IMG/VR virus record: IMGVR_UViG_3300045988_122441
Length of the DNA: 64,000 nt
Reading direction: 5' to 3' (one strand)
From: a virus
Below, piece by piece: positions 35,982 to 46,883 of this stretch. The notes beneath the pieces were generated by a model, which saw nothing but the letters and a program-made list of their open reading frames with translations, did not search any database and had not been told where the DNA came from. Every line of letters begins with the position of its first letter. Within the stretch, counting starts at the first letter, position 1. The position numbers were made by a program, and so were the translations under genes.

Positions 35982-36773
35982 TCATTCAGCGTCTGCTGTA
36001 TTCACCCCGAACACAGTATATGTCCACAGGGAGCCGCCTGCGCCACAAGCTCCTGCCAGAGATTCAGCCTCAAAAGCGTGCGCTGTCTGGTTCTCACCCA
36101 TCTCCAGAGAGAACTCGCCAGAGAAGTCAGCCTTCGGGATAAAGAACTGAATTCTGTAAACATTGCCACATTTGTCTTCGCCAAGAGCATCGACATACAG
36201 TGTGCATTTTTCAGAATATACATCGCTTTCGTTGTTGAGCACGTCGGCTTTGATACGTCTCTTGTAGTAAACAACAACCTCTGTTCCATCCGCTACATCT
36301 GTATGGAAAGTGATAGCTTTTGATGCTGGCGCATATGCAAACTTACCAGCTGCAGCAGCAGATGCCTGTGTTAATTCCTGACTAAGACTACCGTCAGCAT
36401 TGCGAATGTACAGGGCTTCGATTTCTGCTCCTGTAGTTCCGACAGCTTTATAAAGAGTGGAAGCCTTACCGCTTGCGACGGTCAGATAGTCTGTCCACAT
36501 AACATCTGTAGCCTTAGACTCAAATTTTCCACCTGTCTGTGCTTCAAGCAGACCGCCGGATACGAGACCGTTTGTACCACTGATTGTTACTGCCTTATTA
36601 CGTTTCAGATTTGCAAGCTTACGTCCGCCCTTACCAGTAATCTCAGTAGAATCCTGAGTGTTAGCGATTGTCGCATTCTGAAGTTCATCAAGTGTGAATT
36701 TATAATTACCAGTAACGACATCAAAGGCTGTAATTGTTTCCAGACTTGTGATAGTGATATCTTTGATATTCAT
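35982..36773 (-). CDS. major tail (tube) protein
   Basis: 263 aa. First gene after the connector genes and upstream of the chaperone/TMP genes. Predicted beta-rich sequence. Called from position. Confidence 0.55.
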   Translation of the reverse strand: MNIKDITITSLETITAFDVVTGNYKFTLDELQNATIANTQDSTEITGKGGRKLANLKRNKAVTISGTNGLVSGGLLEAQTGGKFESKATDVMWTDYLTVASGKASTLYKAVGTTGAEIEALYIRNADGSLSQELTQASAAAAGKFAYAPASKAITFHTDVADGTEVVVYYKRRIKADVLNNESDVYSEKCTLYVDALGEDKCGNVYRIQFFIPKADFSGEFSLEMGENQTAHAFEAESLAGACGAGGSLWTYTVFGVNTADAE

Positions 36774-36795
36774 AATGTTCCTCCTATTGATTTAT

Positions 36796-37518
36796 TTAGT
36801 GAACAAGCCAGTTCAAATCTTTCTGGCTTAATTCTTTTGGATTTATTGTTCCGGTATAAATACCGTACATTCTGTTGTCATAATCAGTCTTTTTAATAAC
36901 CTGCCGAACACTTTCGTTGAATTGATAAATAGAAAGTTCTCTTGTCCCCTCAAAATCATATTTAAACTGTTCGGTATTGACCATTGCGATTATGAGAGAT
37001 TCCAACTGTGAGTCCTCTTTCCTGTCTTTATGTCGTTTGAGTTTCTCACGAGCACGTCTTAGCATATAGTCTTTGGCTTCATCATTGGCTGGTCGCCTGT
37101 GATTCTTTTCTAGGTGGTGCAATTTCCGCAACACAGAAGCCATCTGACTATGAATAGCTCTGTCAATCGTAATGTCGTGCTTTTCATCACGAATGACAAA
37201 TTTACCATTTTGCGGGCTGATTCCAATTTCAAAATCAGACAGATCCATATCTCCAAACACGAGGCTCAGAACATATTTGTCCATCTGTTTGATATTTTCA
37301 AAAAGCAGTACGAATAACTGCCAAGCATTGATGGTTGTAAAGTCAATACCTAAATCATCAAGCTGCACCATAAAATCAATCGGCATGGCTGTAATAGCGG
37401 ACACAACATTGTAATATGAGTCCTCATTATCCAACACCTGTCCAACTGTCGGTATGGAAATATGTATCGAATCATTGATTGCATAAGAATCACGATAAAG
37501 CAGATGTAATGCTGACAT
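36796..37518 (-). CDS. hypothetical structural-module protein
   Basis: 240-aa ORF in the head-tail joining region. No motif recognised. Confidence 0.45.
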   Translation of the reverse strand: MSALHLLYRDSYAINDSIHISIPTVGQVLDNEDSYYNVVSAITAMPIDFMVQLDDLGIDFTTINAWQLFVLLFENIKQMDKYVLSLVFGDMDLSDFEIGISPQNGKFVIRDEKHDITIDRAIHSQMASVLRKLHHLEKNHRRPANDEAKDYMLRRAREKLKRHKDRKEDSQLESLIIAMVNTEQFKYDFEGTRELSIYQFNESVRQVIKKTDYDNRMYGIYTGTINPKELSQKDLNWLVH

Positions 37519-38030
37519 TATCCTGTCTTACGATTAATAGGAGTCGGTTTCTTCGGATTGTATTGCATATTGAAATCCTTTGCATGGAATGTCATAAGCT
37601 TTCCGTTGAAGTCTGTCATTGGGGCAAACCTTTTTACCGCATATAGCTCAAGCTCACCAAGACCATATTTCCTACTTCCATTAATCGCTTTTGCGATTTC
37701 TACACAGAGCTTATCGGTTCTAACGCCACCTCCATTAGGAAGACGAAGCTTACTTCTGTGTGTAAATACCCATATATACAGAACTGGGTATAAGAACGTT
37801 TTATTTGCACTTGCCTCCTGAATGTCAACATCGAAGCAAATGAATGTTTTGCCGTGTTCAACAGTATCCGGGATATACTCACATGGAAATACCTGTGTAT
37901 ATGCCAATTTCGTAGCATCCTCAAACTTGATATCTGAATTAAGAAGAGATACGATATCCTTGTTTGTCAGAATGTCGCCCATTAGCTGATTTTTGTAGTC
38001 ATAAAATTCTTCTAACTGCATTACAGCCAC
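37518..38030 (-). CDS. putative tail completion / neck protein
   Basis: 170 aa, translationally coupled to its neighbours. Called from position only. Confidence 0.4.
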   Translation of the reverse strand: MAVMQLEEFYDYKNQLMGDILTNKDIVSLLNSDIKFEDATKLAYTQVFPCEYIPDTVEHGKTFICFDVDIQEASANKTFLYPVLYIWVFTHRSKLRLPNGGGVRTDKLCVEIAKAINGSRKYGLGELELYAVKRFAPMTDFNGKLMTFHAKDFNMQYNPKKPTPINRKTG

Positions 38031-38782
38031 CCCTTCTTTCCAGTATCTGATGCAGAACTGTCATCCTTATCATCTACGATATCTGATGTATTTTCTTTCG
38101 GGAAATGCAGATAATAATTTGCAATTCCTAACTCGAAGTTGTCATTATCTGTTGAAACAACCTCTTGTAGTACGAAAGAGTAAATACCATGACCGTTATA
38201 TGTTTTACCAACCTTTAATGGTTTGGTAAGAAGATAAGCATTCATCTCGGATGACTCTGGGTCATCTATAAGAAAGCGACAATTACGTGCAAATTTCACA
38301 GTGTAAGAATTACGAGCAATCGTCATCGCAATACGGGAGTCGCCTCTCGTTACAAAGAAATCTTTATCTTCATATTCTCCAGTCAGGTACTTTGTACCAT
38401 CCTCGATAACACACCATTGCTCATGTATCACATGATCTGAGTCGATCCATTTGAGTAAGAAATTGCATTGCAATAACTTAACTCTGGTTCGCAGCTCAGT
38501 ATTGGCATCTTTTTCTGTTATAAGCCAATGATTATCATCCCATTCTACAAGACCTCCACATGTAAAATCCTCTCCAGGAAGAGAGTGCATGATTTTTTCA
38601 TTTAAGTTATCAGAGTCATCTATAATAACCGAGCGTTCCTCACCATCAACTATCACATTGTGATATGATAAAGAATCCGGAAGCTTCTCTCTTAATCTAC
38701 GTGAAGTACGAAATAGAGCAGCCTCTCGCTTAGTCTTGCCTTGAGCACATACACGGCTCTCATATACATCCCAGATTCCCAT
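38021..38782 (-). CDS. hypothetical head-tail module protein
   Basis: 253 aa, overlapping start/stop with neighbours. Confidence 0.4.
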   Translation of the reverse strand: MGIWDVYESRVCAQGKTKREAALFRTSRRLREKLPDSLSYHNVIVDGEERSVIIDDSDNLNEKIMHSLPGEDFTCGGLVEWDDNHWLITEKDANTELRTRVKLLQCNFLLKWIDSDHVIHEQWCVIEDGTKYLTGEYEDKDFFVTRGDSRIAMTIARNSYTVKFARNCRFLIDDPESSEMNAYLLTKPLKVGKTYNGHGIYSFVLQEVVSTDNDNFELGIANYYLHFPKENTSDIVDDKDDSSASDTGKKGWL

Positions 38783-38784
38783 GC

Positions 38785-39126
38785 TTACACCTCCGCAACA
38801 GTAAAATACTCTTCAAGCTTATTGCATACAGAGATAGCATGAAAAACTTCGCGTCTTACATCGCTCACGGTGCAATCAGGTGTATCAATCAGATATTCCA
38901 AAATAGCCATGAGTGTGAGATAAGATGAATTTACTTTCAGCTCAGGAATCAATCCTTTACCTCCTATTAACTCGACACGCAAGCTACGCATATATGTCTG
39001 TAATGACTCTTCTCCATTTTCTCGCATAGGGAGAATCTTAAAAAATCGATTTACGAGATCGTGGAAATAATTCTTTACGAGATCATTCCGAACTACTTGT
39101 CCGGTAATCGTTACCACACCACTCAT
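38785..39126 (-). CDS. hypothetical head-tail connector-region protein
   Basis: 113 aa with a coupled stop/start. Confidence 0.4.
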   Translation of the reverse strand: MSGVVTITGQVVRNDLVKNYFHDLVNRFFKILPMRENGEESLQTYMRSLRVELIGGKGLIPELKVNSSYLTLMAILEYLIDTPDCTVSDVRREVFHAISVCNKLEEYFTVAEV

Positions 39127-39572
39127 AAGTGTAAGTCCGTCAGATCTCCAGTATTAAAGGAATACTCCCGAATCATCTGAGTGTAGTCCTTTTTTGCATC
39201 TGCATATGCGTTCCCTACACGCAAAAGCAGCTCAGCAGGAGAGTAGGTTGTGAAATCCTGCGTATTAATAGCATTTTCCAATAACTCCTGCTTGTACACG
39301 TATGGCTTTAGCCACTGTACGACCATTCCTTCTGAAACAATATCCGCAATTTCAGTTAAATCATCATCTGGAACGTCCACGTTGAACACTCTTGTTTCAT
39401 CGTCACCAGTGGTGGAAAAGTCATACTGACAAATTTTTCTAAATCCGCTGATTGCTCGTTTCATGTAACCAATAACAACACTGTCCCTTTGAGATTGTTC
39501 AAGAGAAAGTAAATCACGCTCAGTTACTTTTTCGAGAAAAGAGCCGATGAACACGTCGTAAGAAACGCTCAT
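39123..39572 (-). CDS. putative head-tail connector (gp6-like position)
   Basis: 149-aa acidic protein located shortly after the capsid gene. Confidence 0.4.
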   Translation of the reverse strand: MSVSYDVFIGSFLEKVTERDLLSLEQSQRDSVVIGYMKRAISGFRKICQYDFSTTGDDETRVFNVDVPDDDLTEIADIVSEGMVVQWLKPYVYKQELLENAINTQDFTTYSPAELLLRVGNAYADAKKDYTQMIREYSFNTGDLTDLHL

Positions 39573-39583
39573 ACGAAACCCTC

Positions 39584-40156
39584 CTATCTTTCAATCAGCT
39601 CAACTCCAAGAGACTCCTCTAATGCGGCAATCGCTTTATTGGAATCAATCTCCCCCTCAGCGATCAGAACTCTGGCACGGTAGGCTACAGATTTCTTCTG
39701 ACCGTCAGACATTCCTCCGATAATCTGAGAGATAGTTTCAGCATCTTTCTGGAAAATCTCGTCGAAATCTTCAATGCGTACTGCATTTCGATAGAATCGC
39801 TGTACGCCAAGATAATCTACGATCCAGTCCTCATCAAACATAAACCAGTTGTTTTCAAAGAATTTCTTATAAGAGTTCTTTGCGTTTTTCAGCTCTCTGA
39901 GTTCCATTTCCTGTTCAGCTCCGAATTGATCCCACACAAATCGTTCTCCTGTATGCTTGCTAACATATACCAGTCGTCCCTGAAAACCATTGCGAACAGT
40001 TACGTACTGTTCAGGGTCAATATCTTTTGGAACAATAGGTTTTACAGTTTTTTCAGCAGCTTTTCTAGTCCGAGTTTTTCTCTTTGGAGTTTCGGCAGCT
40101 ACGGATTCTGTAACTGCATTCTGTTCCACAACCTGAGTTTCAGTTTTAACTTCCAT
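39584..40156 (-). CDS. hypothetical protein with a basic N-terminal tail
   Basis: 190 aa, directly downstream of the capsid gene. Confidence 0.4.
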   Translation of the reverse strand: MEVKTETQVVEQNAVTESVAAETPKRKTRTRKAAEKTVKPIVPKDIDPEQYVTVRNGFQGRLVYVSKHTGERFVWDQFGAEQEMELRELKNAKNSYKKFFENNWFMFDEDWIVDYLGVQRFYRNAVRIEDFDEIFQKDAETISQIIGGMSDGQKKSVAYRARVLIAEGEIDSNKAIAALEESLGVELIER

Positions 40157-40217
40157 AAGTTACTCCTTCCGTTCATAAACGGGAGCCATTACAGCTCCCG
40201 TTGCATTCTTATTTCGA

Positions 40218-41234
40218 TTACGCATTCATTTCGTAACGACCAACACCAGCGTTACCACCAGCCAGGACGATACCCATTCCGTACTTCTCGCCGTACAGGT
40301 ACTCCTGTGTGAAGTCTGCGTTGCTCATCGGGTCGCCCATGAGAACGATAGGACTTCCTTCGTATACGACTTTAATCGGCTTGTCATCACCAGCGATGAT
40401 AGTGATAACATCGTCATCGAATACGAACTCAGTAGAACCTACTTTATGGCGCTGTGGAGCAGCTACTACAGGAGTTCCGTAGAACTTGCCATAGTATCCC
40501 ATATTGTAGAGATCGTCTTTAGCACCATCGTTCTGGATAGAAGCTTTCAGCTTACGCAGTGCTTTCTTTGTGCCGATGATTGTAGCCTGCTGTCCGTTAG
40601 CAGCTGCTTCAACATGAGAAATCAGGTCTAACAGCTCATCCTCGTCGTATGCACCTGCAACCGGGAAATATGTAGTACCGCCGAACTGGTCAGCAGTAGC
40701 ACCACTCCACAGAGTGTAGATATCATTCAGAAGTTTCTGACGGAAGGACTCGGATACTTTGTTGATAAAGTCGTTGAAATCAACACGACCTGCAAGTACA
40801 CGGTTCAGTTCCTCGTAAATTCTGACTGTCTTGAGAGAAGTCGGAATAGATGCCTCAGATACACCGCCGAGTCTCTGACGTCTGATACCCTGAGTACCAT
40901 CAGCTGCTTCAGAAACTACAAACAGGTTTCTATCCTCAACGAGGAAGATGTTCTTGTCACCTTCAGGAACATTACGGAAATCAACCAGAGCATTGAAATA
41001 TTCGTCGCCCTGAAGACCCTCAACAACAGTTCTGCTCAGTGTCTCCTCCAGAAGAGAGAACAGACCTGCACATTTACCGTCTCTGATTTTCTTGTAATCC
41101 AGAACGGTGCTTCCGCCATTAGCCTCGATCAGAGCCTGTCTAAGCAGCTCCTGAGACTGACCTACGGAATATTTTTCAACCTTGCCTTTGTAACCATCAA
41201 CAGCAAGTTTTACAATATCTTTAATTTCAGCCAT
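40218..41234 (-). CDS. major capsid protein
   Basis: 338 aa. Strong AAGGAGG and its own copy of the 23-nt motif. Follows the scaffold/protease-like gene. Called from size and position. Confidence 0.6.
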   Translation of the reverse strand: MAEIKDIVKLAVDGYKGKVEKYSVGQSQELLRQALIEANGGSTVLDYKKIRDGKCAGLFSLLEETLSRTVVEGLQGDEYFNALVDFRNVPEGDKNIFLVEDRNLFVVSEAADGTQGIRRQRLGGVSEASIPTSLKTVRIYEELNRVLAGRVDFNDFINKVSESFRQKLLNDIYTLWSGATADQFGGTTYFPVAGAYDEDELLDLISHVEAAANGQQATIIGTKKALRKLKASIQNDGAKDDLYNMGYYGKFYGTPVVAAPQRHKVGSTEFVFDDDVITIIAGDDKPIKVVYEGSPIVLMGDPMSNADFTQEYLYGEKYGMGIVLAGGNAGVGRYEMNA

Positions 41235-41250
41235 TATAAAAATCCTCCTT

Positions 41251-41273
41251 GTAAATTATTTAGTTAGCATGAC
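41251..41273 (-). promoter_or_regulatory. copy 3 of the 23-nt motif
   Basis: Minus sense GTCATGCTAACTAAATAATTTAC, abutting the capsid gene SD. Confidence 0.45.
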
Positions 41274-41284
41274 TGACGATTTTT

Positions 41285-41794
41285 TTAGTCAATCTTGATA
41301 ACGTAGTATGTATATCGACCAGCAATCTCAACATCGATAATCTTTCCAACAGTTGTCGCACCGGAAGTTGCGGATGCTGCAACATTCAGTTTTGTACCAG
41401 CTGCAAGCTCTACGATATTTCCCTTTGCAGGAGATGCGAGACCCGTCAGAGCTTCTTTAGTTACAGAGAACATATTTCCAGAATGGAGTCTATATCCTCT
41501 ACAAGCCTTACCAGCCGGGTTGATGAATTCATCCAGGTTGCGGAGTCTTTCATCATACGGTACTTCAGGAGCAGCGATCAGTACGACCTCTCGAATAGGT
41601 GTATCTTTTGCGACATCTTCTCCGAGGAATACCTCGCGCTCACCGTCCATAAGCTCAGAAGCTTTCAGGACACTTCCGTTTTCAATTTCGGTAGCAGTAG
41701 TTTTAGCTGTACCCATGTATTTAACAGACACCAGTTCACTACGAACATCAGTACCAGTCATGTTGTCTGTTCTAACAACGCCATATTTAGCCAT
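41285..41794 (-). CDS. hypothetical head protein (decoration/scaffold-adjacent)
   Basis: 169-aa ORF between the scaffold-like and capsid genes. Confidence 0.4.
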   Translation of the reverse strand: MAKYGVVRTDNMTGTDVRSELVSVKYMGTAKTTATEIENGSVLKASELMDGEREVFLGEDVAKDTPIREVVLIAAPEVPYDERLRNLDEFINPAGKACRGYRLHSGNMFSVTKEALTGLASPAKGNIVELAAGTKLNVAASATSGATTVGKIIDVEIAGRYTYYVIKID

Positions 41795-41808
41795 AAATTT
41801 TTACCTCC

Positions 41809-43383
41809 TTATTCTTTAGCAGAGAAGCCATACTCCTCAAAAAGACCGCCATAAGGCTGGTCTGCCTTGTTATTTTCTGGTGTTTCAATAGGCAGTTTAG
41901 GAGCCTTCTGACTGAAATTCATTTTAGTCTGTACTCCACGTCTACCACGAATTGCATAACATTTCTCCTCAAGAGCATCCAGTTCAAACTTCATGCAGTC
42001 AGCATCGCAATCTGTCTTCAGATTTTCAAATGCTTCTACACCTACAAGGTCTTCAAACTTAGCGAATACTTCTGCGATTTCAGATTTACGAGCTTTCTCC
42101 ATAGCAACTGTTTCTGTATCAGCTTTAAACTTACGAAGCTCCTCAAGCTCTGCCTCCATAGAAGTAATCGTTTCAGATGCGTTCTGGTATTTTGCTTCAA
42201 ACTCAGCAGAAGCAGCAGACTTGTCGGTAATTACCTGTTCCATCTGCTCGAATACCTGTGCAATAGGAGAAACCTGCTCGCCCTCATCAAAGTCAGCGAT
42301 TACATATTTCTTACGCTTTTTGTTCTCAAAATCGATTTCAATACTGTCTCCGTTTGTCTTATAAGAGAATCCATAGAGCAGCCAATCGGTTCTGTCCCAG
42401 CAGTAAATTTCCATAGCGTCAAAGTCACAATCTACAAAGAAATAGCGACTACATTCGCCCCATTCACACTGGATTTTCTCTGCATCGAGTGCTCGCATGA
42501 TTTCATCAACGACGTTACTTGTAAGGGCGAATTTATTTTTATCTGTATCAACCTCTGGGTCAGACTTTTTGTCAGCCTCTGTGATTGCTTTGAATTTTTC
42601 TTCAAGCTCCTCAACAGTAAAATCATCAATGGAGAAATCAAGAGTATTAACATCAATGCCATACTTTTCAATTAAATTCTGTTTATCCAATCCTTTACTT
42701 CCTCCTTCCATTGAGTATTTGTGTGAGTGTATATTGTCAGTCTCATCAGAGACAGTGACATCTTTTAAACTATCCTTTAGCTCAAGCATCATCTTAGAAA
42801 ATTCCTGTTTGAAATCCTGTTTTGAAAATGCAAGAGATGCAGATTCATAGCACGGTTCAACACCGATCAATGCAAATGCTGTAAACTCGAAATCCTTAAT
42901 ACAGTAAATCCCATTGATGGTTTCACCATCCTTGACGGTAATTTCCATGCTTTGAGCTGTAATTCCATCTTTTTTGATTTTTCTGTAAGCCTCCTGGCGC
43001 TTCCAGATCAGAACCTCGGCGCACAGATACTCGTTTACAGTACCGTCATCTTCTTCGACAGTTTCCCAGTATACTTTTGCTGTCTGTGGAACTACGCCAA
43101 TAGGCTGAGTTAGATTCACAAGAATCAAACTGCCGTCATCCTTGCGGACAAGTTCCATGTCATGACCACCGAGAGTATCAGTCTCTCTGTCGTAATTGCA
43201 TACAACCGGGCAGTTGTAAATCGTTTTGATGCAACTTTCAAATACATCTTTGGAAATAGAACTGCCATTTCGGTTATCTCCTGTATATGCAATGCGAAGA
43301 ATCCCGGAATCAAAAGAAGAGTTAATCTCGCATAAATCGGTTAAAGATGATGCGTATGTAAGATTTAAAATCTCTGTTTTCAT
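41809..43383 (-). CDS. putative prohead scaffold / protease fusion
   Basis: 524 aa. Globular N-terminal ~190 aa, then a long acidic coiled-coil. Lies between portal and capsid. No catalytic motif confirmed. Confidence 0.4.
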   Translation of the reverse strand: MKTEILNLTYASSLTDLCEINSSFDSGILRIAYTGDNRNGSSISKDVFESCIKTIYNCPVVCNYDRETDTLGGHDMELVRKDDGSLILVNLTQPIGVVPQTAKVYWETVEEDDGTVNEYLCAEVLIWKRQEAYRKIKKDGITAQSMEITVKDGETINGIYCIKDFEFTAFALIGVEPCYESASLAFSKQDFKQEFSKMMLELKDSLKDVTVSDETDNIHSHKYSMEGGSKGLDKQNLIEKYGIDVNTLDFSIDDFTVEELEEKFKAITEADKKSDPEVDTDKNKFALTSNVVDEIMRALDAEKIQCEWGECSRYFFVDCDFDAMEIYCWDRTDWLLYGFSYKTNGDSIEIDFENKKRKKYVIADFDEGEQVSPIAQVFEQMEQVITDKSAASAEFEAKYQNASETITSMEAELEELRKFKADTETVAMEKARKSEIAEVFAKFEDLVGVEAFENLKTDCDADCMKFELDALEEKCYAIRGRRGVQTKMNFSQKAPKLPIETPENNKADQPYGGLFEEYGFSAKE

Positions 43384-43428
43384 CTATAACCTCCGTAATA
43401 CAAAGACCCGCATGAGTAACCATGCGGG

Positions 43429-43605
43429 CTAAAAAGTTAAAATGTCTGAAAGAGCAAATGTTCCGTCATTCATGGAGAAACACAATTCCTCTTTATTTTT
43501 AAATACATACATTTTTTTGGTGTTGTCTGCTTTCAGTAATGTATATCCCTGAGATAGAAGTATATCTCTATCTGATTCACTAAAAGCATATATGAATTTT
43601 TTCAT
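43429..43605 (-). CDS. small hypothetical ORF (58 aa, below the ORF-track cut-off)
   Basis: Read by hand: MKKFIYAFSESDRDILLSQGYTLLKADNTKKMYVFKNKEELCFSMNDGTFALSDILTF. Fills the portal-scaffold gap. Confidence 0.35.
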   Translation of the reverse strand: MKKFIYAFSESDRDILLSQGYTLLKADNTKKMYVFKNKEELCFSMNDGTFALSDILTF

Positions 43606-43618
43606 GAATCATCACCGC

Positions 43619-45136
43619 CTATCCCCAATCAGAACTCTGCTCGGCGGATTGCTCTCCACTATCCGTCAAATCCGTTTCATCTGACTGTGGTCTGCCGCCT
43701 TCATCGGTTGGAGCATTACTGTCCGTAGATGTGGTATTGCCACTCATCTGAGTAGAACTCTGAATTGGTCTAAACATATCTTGCAGACCCATAACCTCTG
43801 TTTCAAGGAAACTCATAGCATCAAGTTCTGCCTGTCCAAGTCCCTGAGACGCTGCATACATTGCAATCGTAGGAAGTCCGTATGAAGCAGCTTTGAGATA
43901 TGCATCACCCATTTCTTTTCGGTTGTACGGAGATACATCCAGAAAAGTGACTTTAAAATTCTTTCCATAGCTTTGAGACTGTATAAATCTGTTCACAGCG
44001 TCTTCAATGCTTCGTACAATGCCGAATGTAAGACTTTGGTCGGCTTTTATTGATAATGAAAGAGCATTAGCAGATGCCTTTTCATTATTAAACAGAAGCG
44101 AAGATACACCAGCTGATGTGAAAATATTCTGCTCTGCATCTGCTATTGTATTTGTATCGCCAGTATTAGACTTCTCGAAGCCGATCTTCGTAATAGGCAT
44201 CGGAGTAAGGATGGAACCAACTTCTTCAGGAAGGACAGAATCTAAGTTCTGCCAGAATTCTTTTGCCTTGTTCAAATCAATACCCCAGTTGCCATCTTTA
44301 TCCATAGGAAGAGCCATTACAAGCATTGCATAGTTTTCCAATGCTGTTTTGGTTAATTTCAACTGCTTATAATCCTCAAGGTCATACAATTCTCTTAATA
44401 TACCGATGAACGGTGGTAGAGAATACGCCAGGATATCATTATTGACCTTAATTGCAAATGAAGTTGGAGAATCCAATTCAAGCCATCTTGATGTACGCTG
44501 TTTCTGGTAAACAGCGTATTTTGTCTTAAATTCCTGCGGATAAAACTCCAATAAAGCACTATGAGAATCAAAGTATGAGAAGTCAAAGGATACATTCAAT
44601 ACATTTCCTTCGATTGTGGATATAGCACAATAATCACTAGGCAGCTGTTGGATAGTGATATTATCATTTGTCACCCACATAGTTCCGTAGAATGTATCCT
44701 CTCGTAAGCAGACGGTTAGGATTTTCGGGAACTGAGTTTTAATGCTCATCGCAGACAGAGCATTTAATACCTTACGATAGTTTCTATTTATCGTTTTGGC
44801 GTTGGTAGATTTAGGGTCAATCTTATACGGAGACACTACATATGCTAAATCAGACAGACTTGCAAAATACTGAATGATTCTTCTAAAATGAGAAGATGCG
44901 CCATATATATATGTAACAGCATTACGAATCTGCTTTTCATATGTATATGGGTTAGCAAGATATCCCTGTACATCTTCTTTAGAATACAAAGAGAATGTAG
45001 GAGTAGTAGTGTTATTGTTTAGGTCTCTAGTAATTAATCTGTTAAGAACAGCAAATTTGCTAGAAATACCTATCATGCCGGAAAAATCTTTGACACTAGA
45101 ATCTCCAACTTGCTTTTGTTCTGCCATACAATCCAT
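43619..45136 (-). CDS. portal protein
   Basis: 505 aa, immediately downstream of and overlapping the large terminase. Acidic C-terminal tail. Confidence 0.6.
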   Translation of the reverse strand: MDCMAEQKQVGDSSVKDFSGMIGISSKFAVLNRLITRDLNNNTTTPTFSLYSKEDVQGYLANPYTYEKQIRNAVTYIYGASSHFRRIIQYFASLSDLAYVVSPYKIDPKSTNAKTINRNYRKVLNALSAMSIKTQFPKILTVCLREDTFYGTMWVTNDNITIQQLPSDYCAISTIEGNVLNVSFDFSYFDSHSALLEFYPQEFKTKYAVYQKQRTSRWLELDSPTSFAIKVNNDILAYSLPPFIGILRELYDLEDYKQLKLTKTALENYAMLVMALPMDKDGNWGIDLNKAKEFWQNLDSVLPEEVGSILTPMPITKIGFEKSNTGDTNTIADAEQNIFTSAGVSSLLFNNEKASANALSLSIKADQSLTFGIVRSIEDAVNRFIQSQSYGKNFKVTFLDVSPYNRKEMGDAYLKAASYGLPTIAMYAASQGLGQAELDAMSFLETEVMGLQDMFRPIQSSTQMSGNTTSTDSNAPTDEGGRPQSDETDLTDSGEQSAEQSSDWG

Positions 45137-46883
45137 TCACCGCCTTTCTTCTATAATTTGGAGCTTTAATGATAAACATATCGGATGCTCCATCACCGAT
45201 ATTCTGTCGCTTACTCATTTTGTTTTCAATTTGCATAGCAACATAGTAGTTATACGAAAGACTGGAATATCTATCTTTACGCATTCCAGCACGTTCTGTA
45301 ATTTTGATTTTTCCACCAGACTCTTCATATAAAAGCTTTGTAAGCTCATCTACGAGTAGAGTTGTGTGGATATACGGAAGCTGAAGTGACATTTTGTCTG
45401 AGTCAGAAAGTGAATTATATCCACGTATCTCTGCTAGGTATTTTTCAGCATCGTATTCTGTTGAGAGTAATCGCATTCGACCACTGCGGAATGCTTCCCT
45501 TAACATAAAAGCACAGTCTGAATTAAACTGAGCACTTGCCTTGATTGACCAAATAACCTTCTTTGCACCAATAACGGTACATCTTGAAGCCATCTCTGCA
45601 TTATTGCAACAAGACAATGCTGGGTATAGTTCTCCGGTATCTGGGTTGACCATATCCCTTGCTAAAGCATCATACACACCAAGACCGAGACCGTTTGTAT
45701 CCAGCACAATATAATCACATTTGTAATCTTCGTACAGTTTACGAATATATAGTGCCTGTTCATCAGTTCTCATTCCTTCGCAAGCATCCGCATATACAAT
45801 ATTGCTTGAATATCGACCAGCTCTCGAAGGCTTCATTTGGTTAATAAAGATAGCAGTAGCATCGTTATTGTTCTTTCTGCTTGACATTAATGCAATATCT
45901 GCAGAAAGGACTCTTATTTCACCATTATTCTTCTCCTGAATTCTGATGCTCTGGGAATTATTCAGTTTAGATGCAATTTCATCTGGTAACATTGGATATT
46001 TGATGGTTCTGTTTTTGGATATAGTAGGGAAGTCGAAAAATGCTCCGTCTTCAGAGCCATACCATAAAGCATCCATCTCCATACTCCATTTAATTTCGCT
46101 GAAATCACTTTCTGACATGTCATCAGCAACTGTTTCAGGGTCAAGCAATCCCTCTTCGATAGATAATTCATATGGGAATCCGCATACGAATTGATGTCTG
46201 TTCTCATCCTTCATAATTTCAAAGGTATCCATACACTTCGTATATGACCAATGATCTTTGAAATAAGCAGAAGATAGGTACATAGTTAAGTTCTTTTCTT
46301 TTGCGTACTCAATCTTTTTCTCAGCGTCTGTCAGTTCCTCGTATCTAGGCATACGTCTTAATGTAAGGAACTTTTTCAGAACAGTGTCGATCGTATCTTT
46401 TGAGATCAGTCGATACTCATCCAGTAGCAGCACATTACATCTGTTACCTCTGGCGTTATCAGAGGCTGTTACTACCTTGATGACGCTTGTATTGAAGAAT
46501 ACAATCTGTGCATTGGTTCCATTGATCTTCGATTGCTTGTCATCTATTTCAGCCCTCAATTCTTCTGATTGAGGCTTCAATTCAAGAAGTATCTTCTCAA
46601 GAACGTTGATAGCCTGTCCTCTGGTTCCGGACGCAATACAAATTTTTGTACCCGGATATAAGATGCATCTTACGACGCAGTAAATAGCACTGATGTATGT
46701 CTTACCAAGACCACGACAAGCAATTAATACAAACGTGGTACTCCAGAACATCATTGCAAGTAAGATTCGCTGAAATAGTCTTAACTGAATGTGTAAATAG
46801 TCTTCGGCAAACTTATCAGGATTGGCACGATAAAAGGCGCCCCATATAGCAGCGCCCTCCATGACAGATTCATATCTATCCAT
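45096..46883 (-). CDS. terL: terminase large subunit
   Basis: Walker A CRGLGKTY and Walker B VLLLDEY. C-terminal nuclease-sized domain. 595 aa. Confidence 0.85.
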   Translation of the reverse strand: MDRYESVMEGAAIWGAFYRANPDKFAEDYLHIQLRLFQRILLAMMFWSTTFVLIACRGLGKTYISAIYCVVRCILYPGTKICIASGTRGQAINVLEKILLELKPQSEELRAEIDDKQSKINGTNAQIVFFNTSVIKVVTASDNARGNRCNVLLLDEYRLISKDTIDTVLKKFLTLRRMPRYEELTDAEKKIEYAKEKNLTMYLSSAYFKDHWSYTKCMDTFEIMKDENRHQFVCGFPYELSIEEGLLDPETVADDMSESDFSEIKWSMEMDALWYGSEDGAFFDFPTISKNRTIKYPMLPDEIASKLNNSQSIRIQEKNNGEIRVLSADIALMSSRKNNNDATAIFINQMKPSRAGRYSSNIVYADACEGMRTDEQALYIRKLYEDYKCDYIVLDTNGLGLGVYDALARDMVNPDTGELYPALSCCNNAEMASRCTVIGAKKVIWSIKASAQFNSDCAFMLREAFRSGRMRLLSTEYDAEKYLAEIRGYNSLSDSDKMSLQLPYIHTTLLVDELTKLLYEESGGKIKITERAGMRKDRYSSLSYNYYVAMQIENKMSKRQNIGDGASDMFIIKAPNYRRKAVNGLYGRTKASWRF